A stretch of 64,000 bases of DNA from Candidatus Hodarchaeota archaeon (GTDB lineage Archaea > Asgardarchaeota > Lokiarchaeia > Sigyniarchaeales > SOKP01). The stretch covers positions 64,001 to 128,000 of the forward strand of contig JBHLKM010000001.1 in assembly GCA_048886685.1 (NCBI GenBank), read 5' to 3'. Position 1 is the first letter of the stretch, and the number at the start of each line of letters is the position of its first letter. The notes under the pieces are model-generated. The model searched no databases. It saw only the letters and a list, made by a program, of their open reading frames with translations, and had not been told where the DNA came from. Of the stretch, positions 48,601 to 58,161 are shown piece by piece. Made by a program: the position numbers and the translations under genes.

Positions 48601-49563
48601 CTATAATACAGTTGTAAAGATATTGATTAATAAGATGATAATAGTAAATCCTATTAGCCCAATTAAAAATTTTATAGGATTTCCTTTTTCTTTTTCGGGA
48701 ATAACTTCACGTACAATTACATATAGAATTACCCCCGATATAATAGAATAAAAAATAAACAATAATTCTAAATTTTCAGGCAAAATAATATTAATTACAA
48801 TTCCAACAACTATACCTGTGAAGGTAGAAGTTCCTAATATATATTTCATAATGGAGCCTTCTTCAAATTTGAGTTCTTCATAGATTTCCAAATCAGTAAA
48901 AATAATATGAGCTTCAGATCTTTTAGAGATAAGGGTTCTAAAGAAGGCATAAAAAAAGAAGAGAATTCCTGGCACTAATTCTAAAACCAATAACCCCATT
49001 AGGATTACACCAACCAGAAAATGATAAATATAATCCGTGATAAATCTAAATTTTCGTAAGTTATCATTCACATGGTTTTGAATTTTAATTTTATATTGGT
49101 TTATTTCAGTTTTCATTTCTTCTTCCTGCTCATTCAGTTCTGATAGGGTTTGGGCTATATCCCTTAATGCAGCTTCATCTAGTTTTTCTTGCTTCAGTTC
49201 TCTAGTAAGGATAATTTCTATATTTCGCTCTACAATTTCCAGAGTTTTCTCTTTCATCATAAGTTTACGCATTTTTTTTTGAGTTCCTGATTCAACTTTC
49301 TGTAGAATAAATTTTTCAGTAACATGAATCACACAAAATCCAATTAAAACGAATAAATATTCAAATAAAGTTAATTGAAAAGGAAATTCTGGTAATCTTT
49401 CAGCAATTTCAGGGAGTACAATAAGGAAGAAGTAAGCTACAGAGATTCCTGCTATAAAAGAAGCATGCAATTGAATAAATTTATACTCAAAATAATCCAC
49501 TATGAAGAATAAACAACCAAATACCAAAGCAAGAACAAAAGCTATTACAACGTGCAATACCAT
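48601..49563 (-). CDS. Membrane protein, ZIP-transporter-like, with a long cytoplasmic coiled-coil loop
   Basis: AGISVAYFFLIVLPE and SGVILYVIVREVIPE resemble ZIP TM motifs; charged helical insert of about 90 aa. Confidence 0.6.
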   Translation of the reverse strand: MVLHVVIAFVLALVFGCLFFIVDYFEYKFIQLHASFIAGISVAYFFLIVLPEIAERLPEFPFQLTLFEYLFVLIGFCVIHVTEKFILQKVESGTQKKMRKLMMKEKTLEIVERNIEIILTRELKQEKLDEAALRDIAQTLSELNEQEEEMKTEINQYKIKIQNHVNDNLRKFRFITDYIYHFLVGVILMGLLVLELVPGILFFFYAFFRTLISKRSEAHIIFTDLEIYEELKFEEGSIMKYILGTSTFTGIVVGIVINIILPENLELLFIFYSIISGVILYVIVREVIPEKEKGNPIKFLIGLIGFTIIILLINIFTTVL

Positions 49564-49692
49564 TATTATTATGATTATTTTTGAAGGATTTAAAGTTTTT
49601 AGAAATTGAAAAAGGTCTAAACTAGAAAGTTATAAATCTTAGGTTAATTATGATTAATAAATTGTTAAATGTAACCCTCGTGGTGAAAGGAT

Positions 49693-50586
49693 ATTAAATT
49701 CTTAATTATCACCTCAGCAGAAGACAAAGCTTCAATGAATATGCGCGAAAAATTCTTGAGTTCAAAATTTTATAATTTTGAAGAAACAAATTTTAATTGG
49801 TATGAGAATTCTATCTATAAATTGACGGAAATGTCTCTTGAAGAAAATAAATTTTCCAATTTTAAACAAACGGATATATATCTTGGTCTAACCAAAGAAC
49901 CACTCATTTTTTTAGATGATTTAAGATTAGATGAAACTAATATAAATCCTGATTTTCTTATTTTTGCAAGCCGACATACTTCAAAAACAGCCCGTCCAGC
50001 ATTTTTAGTGCATACAACTGGAAATTGGAGTAAAGATACGGATTTTGGAGGTGAACCTCAAGATTTATCATTAGCAAGCGCTTTACTTCATAAGGCAGGA
50101 TTTATTTCATTAATTGAACAACCATCTATAACAAATTTTTCTTTTGATATTGAAGTAACTCACCATGGTCCTACAAGATTAGAAAAACCTTTGATATTCA
50201 TGGAATTAGGGAGTAGTAAAGAAGAGTGGGCTATTGATATTGCAGGGGAATTACTCGCTAAGGCAATAATTAACACAATCTTCAAATACTTAGAAATTAA
50301 TGAAAAAGGAAGTGATAATGTAGGTTTAGGTTTTGGAGGAACCCATTATGCTCCAAATTTTCAAAGGATTATTAGAAATAAGAATTTAGCAATGTCTTTT
50401 ATCTGTCCAAAATATTATATTCAACAATTAAATAAAGATTTAATTAATAAAATGATAAACAAGACGCATGAAAAAGTTGAATTTTTCATTGTTGATTGGA
50501 AAGGCACAAATTCAGAGGATAAAAAATATTTACTACCATTATTGGAAGAATTCGATATTCCAACTAAAAAGACCAAAGATTTTTGA
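49693..50586 (+). CDS. dtdA: Archaeal D-aminoacyl-tRNA deacylase (DTD2/DtdA); N-terminus extends to an ATT codon
   Basis: FASRHTS, VHTTGN, EVTHHGPT, ELGS, GFGGTHYA; conserved-looking N-terminus KFLIITSAEDKASMN lies upstream of the listed ATG. Confidence 0.9.
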   Translation: MKFLIITSAEDKASMNMREKFLSSKFYNFEETNFNWYENSIYKLTEMSLEENKFSNFKQTDIYLGLTKEPLIFLDDLRLDETNINPDFLIFASRHTSKTARPAFLVHTTGNWSKDTDFGGEPQDLSLASALLHKAGFISLIEQPSITNFSFDIEVTHHGPTRLEKPLIFMELGSSKEEWAIDIAGELLAKAIINTIFKYLEINEKGSDNVGLGFGGTHYAPNFQRIIRNKNLAMSFICPKYYIQQLNKDLINKMINKTHEKVEFFIVDWKGTNSEDKKYLLPLLEEFDIPTKKTKDF

Positions 50587-50617
50587 TTTATTTTTCTTGA
50601 AAAATATTGTCTAAATA

Positions 50618-51487
50618 TTAATTAGCTTCTTCTTTAATTTTCTCATAATATTTTACTAAGTTCTTGAAAACATAATGAGTAGGAGAATAACCTTGTGTAG
50701 CTGTTTTGATCAAAACTTTAAGTAAGAAATCTCGGTGTGTACTATTCTCATCCGGTGAAACATTCAATTCTCTAATATTATAAAAACTACGCCAGAAACC
50801 AGTTGGCCAATCAATTATTGGTGCCAGATCTCTTTGGTATTTAAGTATACCTTCTTTGCTTAATTCTAATTCTTTTTGTATTTCATAAAAATTATTCTTC
50901 CCGTTCTTTGTAATTTTGATAATACCATCTAATTTTATTTCTTCCATTAATTTGCTTAAATCATTTAATTTTACATCTTTAATATTAAGTTTTTCTAAGC
51001 TACTAAGGATCTCGGTATCCGTTTGACCTTTTAGTTTCATTATTGTATAATTTCTTGCTATAATATTGTATTTCATTGGCACAGATTCATGATCAAGTTT
51101 ATTATATTGAATTAAATCTCCTAATATCTTTTTTGCTATCAGGTATTTTAGAATGAGTTGATCTTCCACAGAAAAATCTCCTTTAAAAAGTTCAGAGTTG
51201 AAATATGAGTTGTATAATATTAGTAAAATTGATTTTATTGAATAAAATCCATCAACTACTGCTTGCTCTACATGTTTTAATACTTCAATCCTATACTCTA
51301 TATTTGTCAGGAATTTCTCTTTATCTAAAGGTATTTGACGGATAAAATGAGGTTCTTCATTTAACGTTTTTAAATAATCCTCCCATTTACTCTTAAGTCG
51401 ATAGGTTTGGGTTTTTGCAATACTTGAAAGTTTATAAACTACCTCCAAAAGCTTTTTTAAGAATTCTTGTTCAGAAACTTCAGTCAT
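50618..51487 (-). CDS. Hypothetical helical protein, possible C-terminal winged helix
   Basis: 289-aa ORF with normal coding composition; no family recognised. Confidence 0.7.
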   Translation of the reverse strand: MTEVSEQEFLKKLLEVVYKLSSIAKTQTYRLKSKWEDYLKTLNEEPHFIRQIPLDKEKFLTNIEYRIEVLKHVEQAVVDGFYSIKSILLILYNSYFNSELFKGDFSVEDQLILKYLIAKKILGDLIQYNKLDHESVPMKYNIIARNYTIMKLKGQTDTEILSSLEKLNIKDVKLNDLSKLMEEIKLDGIIKITKNGKNNFYEIQKELELSKEGILKYQRDLAPIIDWPTGFWRSFYNIRELNVSPDENSTHRDFLLKVLIKTATQGYSPTHYVFKNLVKYYEKIKEEAN

Positions 51488-51658
51488 CCACTAAATACCT
51501 TAACCTAAATATGTGATTTTTTTTTAATTAATTAATATTAGAATCTAAAAATTTTAAACTTTAGATTAAAAATCTATTTTAGTTTATATAAATGTTGTTT
51601 AAAGAATTTAAGCAGACACCTCTTTATTAAAAATGTAAAAAAAATTATGTTTAAAAAA

Positions 51659-52120
51659 TTAAATTTCTCCTGGATAATATCCTTCTTTTCTGAATCTAAT
51701 ATAGGAAATCAAACAGGCTGAGAAAATTGCTATATAGATTATCAACAAAATTATTAGTAATATACTGGCTCCATATAGATCTGTATATATAATTATCGCT
51801 CTTATAGACAATATAATACTTATTCCTGTGATGATATTACACCCGATAGTTATAACATTAAGTTTTCTTCCAGCGATAGTCATTATACCTAGGATTAAGT
51901 ACACTAGAAAGGCAAATCCAGTAGCAAGAATTGTAAAGAGAACCGCAAGAAGAGCTTCTACTAAGCCTTCGATTATATTTACATATTCATTCCAATCAAT
52001 AAAAATAGCAGAATATATAATAGCACCTCCTAAATCAAAAAAGAAAAGCACAACTCGTAATATTGCTACAAGAATACATGAAATTCCTGCGGAAATTCTC
52101 AATTTTTCATAAAATTCCAT
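51659..52120 (-). CDS. Hypothetical 4-TM membrane protein
   Basis: Four hydrophobic segments. Confidence 0.7.
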   Translation of the reverse strand: MEFYEKLRISAGISCILVAILRVVLFFFDLGGAIIYSAIFIDWNEYVNIIEGLVEALLAVLFTILATGFAFLVYLILGIMTIAGRKLNVITIGCNIITGISIILSIRAIIIYTDLYGASILLIILLIIYIAIFSACLISYIRFRKEGYYPGEI

Positions 52121-52246
52121 AGTTTAATCTACCCTATTTCATACATAATTTCTTGTATAATTAAAATAAGTGAAAAATTAACTAAGATGTTAAATAAAAA
52201 TATATTAAACATTTGTATTTAAATAAATTTGTAAAGATTAGGAAAA

Positions 52247-52633
52247 ATGGAAATTGAACATGTAGCTGTAGGATACAATTCAGAAGATGAGGCGGATAAA
52301 TTTTTTATTGAATTGCTTGGTTTAGAAAAAAAAAGATCAAAATTAGTTACTGCAGATTTAATTAAAGAATTCTTTGGTGTAAAAAGAGAATATAAATCTG
52401 TTTTATATGGAAATAATGAAGTTAGTTTTGAAGTTTTTATAACCGATGATAAAAGCAGAGTGAAAGATGTTTTTACTCATTCATGTTTATTAGTAGAAAA
52501 TCGAGATGAGTTTATGTCGAAAGCAACTTCAATGGGATATGATGTAATAAAAGTTCCAAGAAAGGATAGTGACGGATACTATCTTTTTATTAGAGATACA
52601 TTCCAAAATACGTATGAAATAAAAGAGAAATAA
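52247..52633 (+). CDS. VOC/glyoxalase-family protein
   Basis: IEHVAV...FFIELLGL...EVF...HSCL...LFIRDTFQNTYEI. Confidence 0.85.
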   Translation: MEIEHVAVGYNSEDEADKFFIELLGLEKKRSKLVTADLIKEFFGVKREYKSVLYGNNEVSFEVFITDDKSRVKDVFTHSCLLVENRDEFMSKATSMGYDVIKVPRKDSDGYYLFIRDTFQNTYEIKEK

Positions 52634-52651
52634 CAGATACCCAATGGTATT

Positions 52652-53068
52652 TCAATTTTTTAGAATGCTCTCTATTATCTCCTTATGATCAAATGCTAGT
52701 TTTAAAGAAGCGATTTTTGATAATGGAACAATTTCTAGGGCAGTGGCATCATCCATAGCTTTTGGTTTTTCATTATCTGTTGATGGTTCACAGAGGAAGG
52801 CAACAGTTACATTATGGCCTCTAGGGTCCCTATTTGGCTGAGAGAAAACTCCTACGAGTTTAATTATTCTAATATCAATGTTGGTCTCTTCCTTAGCTTC
52901 CCGAATGCAGGCATTTTCCACAGTTTCACCAACATCTACAAATCCACCAGGTAATGCTAATTCTCCCTGAAAAGGCGGATTTTTACGGCGAACTAACACT
53001 ACATCTTTTTTATTATTTAATAGAATAACCGCATCAACAGTAAGAAGGGGAGTCACAGGTTTAGGCAT
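52652..53068 (-). CDS. Nudix hydrolase (ADP-ribose pyrophosphatase-like)
   Basis: LPGGFVDVGETVENACIREAKEET Nudix box, RDPRGH, LAFDH; start placed at the ATG just after the upstream stop. Confidence 0.92.
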   Translation of the reverse strand: MPKPVTPLLTVDAVILLNNKKDVVLVRRKNPPFQGELALPGGFVDVGETVENACIREAKEETNIDIRIIKLVGVFSQPNRDPRGHNVTVAFLCEPSTDNEKPKAMDDATALEIVPLSKIASLKLAFDHKEIIESILKN

Positions 53069-53072
53069 TATC

Positions 53073-53894
53073 TTATTCATCCCATACCTTTGATGCCAGT
53101 AAATGCTCAATTCGCGTTTTTCTTGGCCTTATAAATTCAGTGTGATGTTCTTTACGCTCGAGTAATAGAGATCTTTCAAGAGTATTCGAATTAACAATAT
53201 ATACTTCTAAATCTCCTTCATCAAGATATATTTGATTAAAACTAGGTGAATCATCAGCTCGAACTTTGTTTGAAGTTGAGGTGCCAGAGTAAAGAAATGT
53301 AGTACTTGATGAATTTCTCCATGAAATAGTATAGGCATGAGGAACGTGCCTATGTCCCATTAGAACTAAATCTATTTCGAATAATTGGGTGAGTTCTAAA
53401 ATTTCCCCAGCATCTCGAACAGTCGTAAATTTCTGTCCTGACATTGGAATAGGGATTAAATGATGGTGTAATGCGATTATTCGGTTTTCTAAGTTTTTAT
53501 TGAAGCATCTTCCAGTAAAGTCAAGTTGCTCATCCCCAATCATGCCTTCGGCCATATCATCTCTCGCAGAGCAAATTCCAACGATTATCGTATCTTCATC
53601 CTCAATTAATATTCTGAATCTTCGTGGACCAATAAGTTTTTCAAAAAATACTAGCCCTGAGTTTTTAGCGTCGTGATTCCCTGGTACTGCCAAGAATTTA
53701 GTGATCTTTCTTATTCTTTCTATATAGGGTAGAATATTCTTAAACTGAATAACCCTTCCTTTATGTACTAGATCTCCTGAACAAATAACGACGCTAGGCT
53801 TAAAATCTTCAACAAAACCGATTATATTTTCCATATATTCAGGGACAAATTCCGATCCATAATGTAGGTCGCTGATATGTATTATTTCAACCAA
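53073..53894 (-). CDS. Calcineurin-like metallophosphoesterase (Icc/CpdA-like)
   Basis: SDLH, SGDL, PGNHD, LHHH, GHRH. Confidence 0.92.
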   Translation of the reverse strand: MVEIIHISDLHYGSEFVPEYMENIIGFVEDFKPSVVICSGDLVHKGRVIQFKNILPYIERIRKITKFLAVPGNHDAKNSGLVFFEKLIGPRRFRILIEDEDTIIVGICSARDDMAEGMIGDEQLDFTGRCFNKNLENRIIALHHHLIPIPMSGQKFTTVRDAGEILELTQLFEIDLVLMGHRHVPHAYTISWRNSSSTTFLYSGTSTSNKVRADDSPSFNQIYLDEGDLEVYIVNSNTLERSLLLERKEHHTEFIRPRKTRIEHLLASKVWDE

Positions 53895-54063
53895 TCTTTC
53901 AACACCCTCTCATATTTATTCATTAATTAAGAGAAATTTAATAATAATTATAAATTTAATAATAAGGGCAAAATTTAAAATATTTTTGATTGAAAAGTAT
54001 CTCAAATAAAAAGTAAATTCATTGAAATTACAAAATAATTTCTATTCAAACAACGTACTGATT

Positions 54064-54240
54064 TTAAATCCCTATACTAAGAGATTGAACTGAAAATTCG
54101 AGTTTGTACTGCAATTTACGCTGTTTTGCTAAGCTAATAAGTGTGTTTTCATTATTACAATCAAAGCAAATTCCATGGACATTTATATAGCATAAATTTC
54201 CACATTGTGGGCAGTTAAACTCTTTAAAAATTGGTTTCAT
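54064..54240 (-). CDS. Small Cys-rich (Zn-finger-like) protein
   Basis: MKPIFKEFNCPQCGNLC...GICFDC; GGAG RBS upstream of the ATG at 54240. Confidence 0.65.
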   Translation of the reverse strand: MKPIFKEFNCPQCGNLCYINVHGICFDCNNENTLISLAKQRKLQYKLEFSVQSLSIGI

Positions 54241-54551
54241 AATTTTTTCTCCTAAATATGTAATTTTTATATGTATAATCAATTTAATTTAGTTTGGTCA
54301 TCTTATCGATATCTTGTGTAATTTTTTCTATTATTGCATCAATAGATTTTTCGAGGGGTGTATGTAAAACCTCTTTTTTTAATTTTTTATACTCATCTTT
54401 TTGAGATAGTAAAGTTAAAAGATATCGATTGAACATTTTTCTATATAGTTTCCCATTTTCTTCTTAATTATATTAAAAAAGTAAAGGGATTTAAGCTCTC
54501 TCGTCATATTATATAAAGTATATATAGTCTATATAGAAAAAAAGAAATGAT

Positions 54552-57518
54552 TTACGTGTTGCGTAGTTTATTCATAATATAATTTTTTACCTTGTCTATA
54601 CTTAAATCCATATCGTTGATAAAACCCTGACCATAATCCTTTTTCCCTCCTCCTTTTCCACCAAATTTTTCTACACTTTCTTTAATTAGGCTTCCAACAT
54701 TTAATTTTGAAGTTTTAAGCGGTTTATCTCCTTGCATAGCTAGAATCATGATTCCCTTATTGGTTTTATTTAAAAATATACTTATCACATTGTCATTATA
54801 TTTCATAATTCTTATAGAGAAGTTCTTAAGATCATCTTGACTTAAGTTATCATATGTTTCAATAATGAGTTTATAGGTTTCATATTCCTGACTTTTTATA
54901 ATTAACTCATCAATATATTCTTCACTTAGGAGATTTTTTGTTAGTTTGATTTTTTTTATTCCTTCATTCCATTCTGAATATAACTTTTGGATTTTATTTG
55001 GGACATCATCTTTTTTGGTGTTTAAAAGTTGAGAAATCTCTGATAAGACATCACCTTCGAAGGATTTAGAGGACATTAAATGTAAGTCTCTCTCATCTAC
55101 CTTACCAGATTTGAGTGATTTGTTTACATTTTTCCATTTTTCAAGTAATTCTTCTACACGTCCCACGAGTTGTTTACGCTCAACATTTAAAATATCTTTA
55201 ATATCTTCGAGAATTTTCTTATGTTTTTCCTTTAACTTATCTGTAGCATTTCCCGCTACAAATGTGAGTCTAACAATACCATCTTGTATCTTTTGTGACT
55301 TTGTAATATGAATATATCCTGCTTCTGAAGTATTATTTAAATGTGTCCCTCCACACGCTTCAATATCAATATTAGGGATTTCAACGATTCTTAAGTTTTT
55401 GCCAGGCACAGCTCCTCCTTGATATATGCTCATACCATAATTTTTTTCTGCTTCTGAACGTGGGATGAAACTAAGGTTAAGATCTATTCGTTTCTCGACT
55501 ATTTCATTTGATCTTTTTTCAATCTCCAAAAGTTTATCCCTTGGAATTTGCTCATAATGTGTAATATCGAGGTGAGAGTTTTTTATTGTCTTTTTCGCAC
55601 CAGCTTGATTAATATGACTACCCAAAACATCTCGAGCGGCTGCGTTTACTATATGTGTAGCTGTGTGATGTTGAGAAAGTTGCTTCCTCCATTCTTTATC
55701 CACTTCGACTTTTACAGAATCACCCTCCTTAAACTTCGGTTTTTCATCTAATACATGAATAGTATAGTTTCCTTGTTTAAAAGCGTTTGAGAATTTCTGA
55801 CCATTAATAGAACCAATATCATGAAGTTGTCCTCCAGAGGTAGGATAGGTCACAGCTTTGTCTAAAATTACCATATTATCAATTATTTTCAAAACTTTAG
55901 CTTCATTTGAGGTTTTGGTGTAATCATAATAATAAAGAGATTTCGTTTCAGGGATGCCTTCTAAGTTTAATTCTATTTCTTTTTCCGTCGCATGAATTTG
56001 CTCAATCTTTTCATGTCTTTCAACCACTAAAGTATAAAAATCATCAGGAATTTTAACTTTCACATTAAATTTTCTTGCAGCTTCTTTCACCATATCTGGA
56101 CTTATACCATTAGAATCATACAATTCAATCAAAATATCTGTAGAAAAATCCCCCTTCTTAATAATCTTCTCTAAAATTTTTCCTGCCTTTTTTTTAGTGG
56201 TGTAAAATTTCGTTTTCTCAACATTAAGTATTTCTCTGATCTCATCTAAATGTTCTGATACTTCTGGAAAAAGATCTTTCAATTCATCAGCATGCCATAC
56301 ACAAACATCTGCCATGTCAATATCCCATTCAAGTTGGTCAATAAAACTATAAGCTCGCCTAAAAATCACCCTAAGATTATACCCGCCTCCTACATTTGAA
56401 GGGAGTTTCCCATCGTTAATTGCAAATAATAAGCTTCGAGCATGATCAGCAATAGAGTAAAGAGCTGTCATCGGTAATATTTTGTTTTTAAGTTCTTTTG
56501 CTTCTGTTTTCATTTCATTTGCTACTCGTTCCCAAGTTTCATCCATATCATCTACTTCATCAATATTTAAATAAGCTGAATATTGAGAAAACTTATTATA
56601 TAATTCTAAATCCAATTCGATTTTCGTAATTTCTCTTAATTTTGATAGAACATAGGGAAAAATGGCTTCGTAAATATTCGGTGTTCCTTGAGAAAACCAC
56701 GCTACACGTTCCTGTCCAAGACCCATATCTAAAACCTTTAACTTTAATTCACGGGGGCCTTCTGGAGTTTGTTCAAACATAGTATAAACTTGGTTAAACA
56801 ATTCAACACCTCTACTAAAAAATTCAAGGCTACATCCAAATGAGCCACCGCCTGCCCAAGAATCTTCATGGATAGTTATTTCTTCCTTAGCTAATCCGAC
56901 ACCTTCATGAATAAAATCATGAATATCCATGAATAGTTCACCTTGATTCCATTCTTCAGGAGGTACAAATTCATGTTGCCCTATCATAACAAATCCGGTA
57001 TTATGCGAACCAGTAATCCCAACATTTTCAATGTCATTAAATCTTAAACAAAACTGTGGAATAATAAGCTTTTTAGCAGGAGGTTCTACTTCTCCCGTAA
57101 TAACATAAGGTTGAAATGCTGAAATTGATGCGATTGTAAATTCAGAAGTAGGATTCCATCGCGCTACACATGGATACCTTTTAATAGGGACATAACCTCT
57201 AGGTTCTAAAATCTCAACGATCTTTTCCCAAACACCAATGAAAGATAATTTAGTTTGAGATGGATTATCAATGACAACTTGAAATCCTCCCGAACATACA
57301 GGATCTCCGCAAACTTCTCTTTCTTTGAGCATTGTCCAAAAATAATTGCCACAACATTCACAAAGTTTTCTTATATAACCCAAATTTTTAAGTTCCTTAG
57401 TAGGAAAGTATTCATCTGGATTTCTTGAAGCAATTTTTTTGAAAACTCTTTTTAATTGCTTATCCGTTTGAGCTTCGACAAGTTCCTTCTGTTCTTTCTC
57501 TGAGAGCACTTCAATCAA
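54552..57518 (-). CDS. alaS: Alanine--tRNA ligase, archaeal type
   Basis: N-terminal CECCG...CGDPVC, ARW, QFCLRFND, DMGLGQER, ADHAR; editing HTATH and ACGGTH; DHHA1 GGKGGG. Confidence 0.96.
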   Translation of the reverse strand: MIEVLSEKEQKELVEAQTDKQLKRVFKKIASRNPDEYFPTKELKNLGYIRKLCECCGNYFWTMLKEREVCGDPVCSGGFQVVIDNPSQTKLSFIGVWEKIVEILEPRGYVPIKRYPCVARWNPTSEFTIASISAFQPYVITGEVEPPAKKLIIPQFCLRFNDIENVGITGSHNTGFVMIGQHEFVPPEEWNQGELFMDIHDFIHEGVGLAKEEITIHEDSWAGGGSFGCSLEFFSRGVELFNQVYTMFEQTPEGPRELKLKVLDMGLGQERVAWFSQGTPNIYEAIFPYVLSKLREITKIELDLELYNKFSQYSAYLNIDEVDDMDETWERVANEMKTEAKELKNKILPMTALYSIADHARSLLFAINDGKLPSNVGGGYNLRVIFRRAYSFIDQLEWDIDMADVCVWHADELKDLFPEVSEHLDEIREILNVEKTKFYTTKKKAGKILEKIIKKGDFSTDILIELYDSNGISPDMVKEAARKFNVKVKIPDDFYTLVVERHEKIEQIHATEKEIELNLEGIPETKSLYYYDYTKTSNEAKVLKIIDNMVILDKAVTYPTSGGQLHDIGSINGQKFSNAFKQGNYTIHVLDEKPKFKEGDSVKVEVDKEWRKQLSQHHTATHIVNAAARDVLGSHINQAGAKKTIKNSHLDITHYEQIPRDKLLEIEKRSNEIVEKRIDLNLSFIPRSEAEKNYGMSIYQGGAVPGKNLRIVEIPNIDIEACGGTHLNNTSEAGYIHITKSQKIQDGIVRLTFVAGNATDKLKEKHKKILEDIKDILNVERKQLVGRVEELLEKWKNVNKSLKSGKVDERDLHLMSSKSFEGDVLSEISQLLNTKKDDVPNKIQKLYSEWNEGIKKIKLTKNLLSEEYIDELIIKSQEYETYKLIIETYDNLSQDDLKNFSIRIMKYNDNVISIFLNKTNKGIMILAMQGDKPLKTSKLNVGSLIKESVEKFGGKGGGKKDYGQGFINDMDLSIDKVKNYIMNKLRNT

Positions 57519-57616
57519 ATACTAAATGTTCAACTTCTCATATATTAATAATTAAAAATAATCTTGGTCATTCTATAATATTTTCTCTTATTTCTTTAAT
57601 TAAATCTTTAGGTTTT

Positions 57617-58066
57617 TTATTGAATATCTAATGTTTGAAGGCGTGAATATCCTTTTTTCGCAAAATCATAATCAAGTAATTCAATCTTTTCTGGGATAAT
57701 TTTCATTAGAAGTTTTCTTTTTCCCCTGACAATTTTTTGAGCTTCTTCAAATCCTTCATCTCCTTTCCTTAAAAAGATTAAATTCTCTTTCCCTGAGGCG
57801 GTGATTTGCATACCTTGAATTTTCCCTTCTGATAATGGTGTATAAATACCTATACTGATATTCGGATTTTCCTCCATATTTTTAATCTTTCTTCCAGGAG
57901 CAGGACCAATATAAATATTAAAACTATCTTGTTCTGTGTAGAAATCCATAGGAGTTGCACGAGGAATATTATTACTACATGTACATAAAACTAATACTTT
58001 TCTTTTATTTAAATAATCTCTAATTTCTTTTCTTAAAAGGTCTTCAGGCATTCTTTGATTACTCAT
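57617..58066 (-). CDS. Pyridoxamine 5'-phosphate oxidase-like FMN-binding protein
   Basis: VLCTCSNNIPRATP, RKIKNMEENPNISI, GMQITA. Confidence 0.8.
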   Translation of the reverse strand: MSNQRMPEDLLRKEIRDYLNKRKVLVLCTCSNNIPRATPMDFYTEQDSFNIYIGPAPGRKIKNMEENPNISIGIYTPLSEGKIQGMQITASGKENLIFLRKGDEGFEEAQKIVRGKRKLLMKIIPEKIELLDYDFAKKGYSRLQTLDIQ

Positions 58067-58161
58067 TTTAAAGAACCTTTAATCTTGAATTAAATTACAA
58101 TAAAGAATGAATGGATAAAGATAAATTTTAGAATATGAAGAGAAATAGAGTTAAGTCGAAA

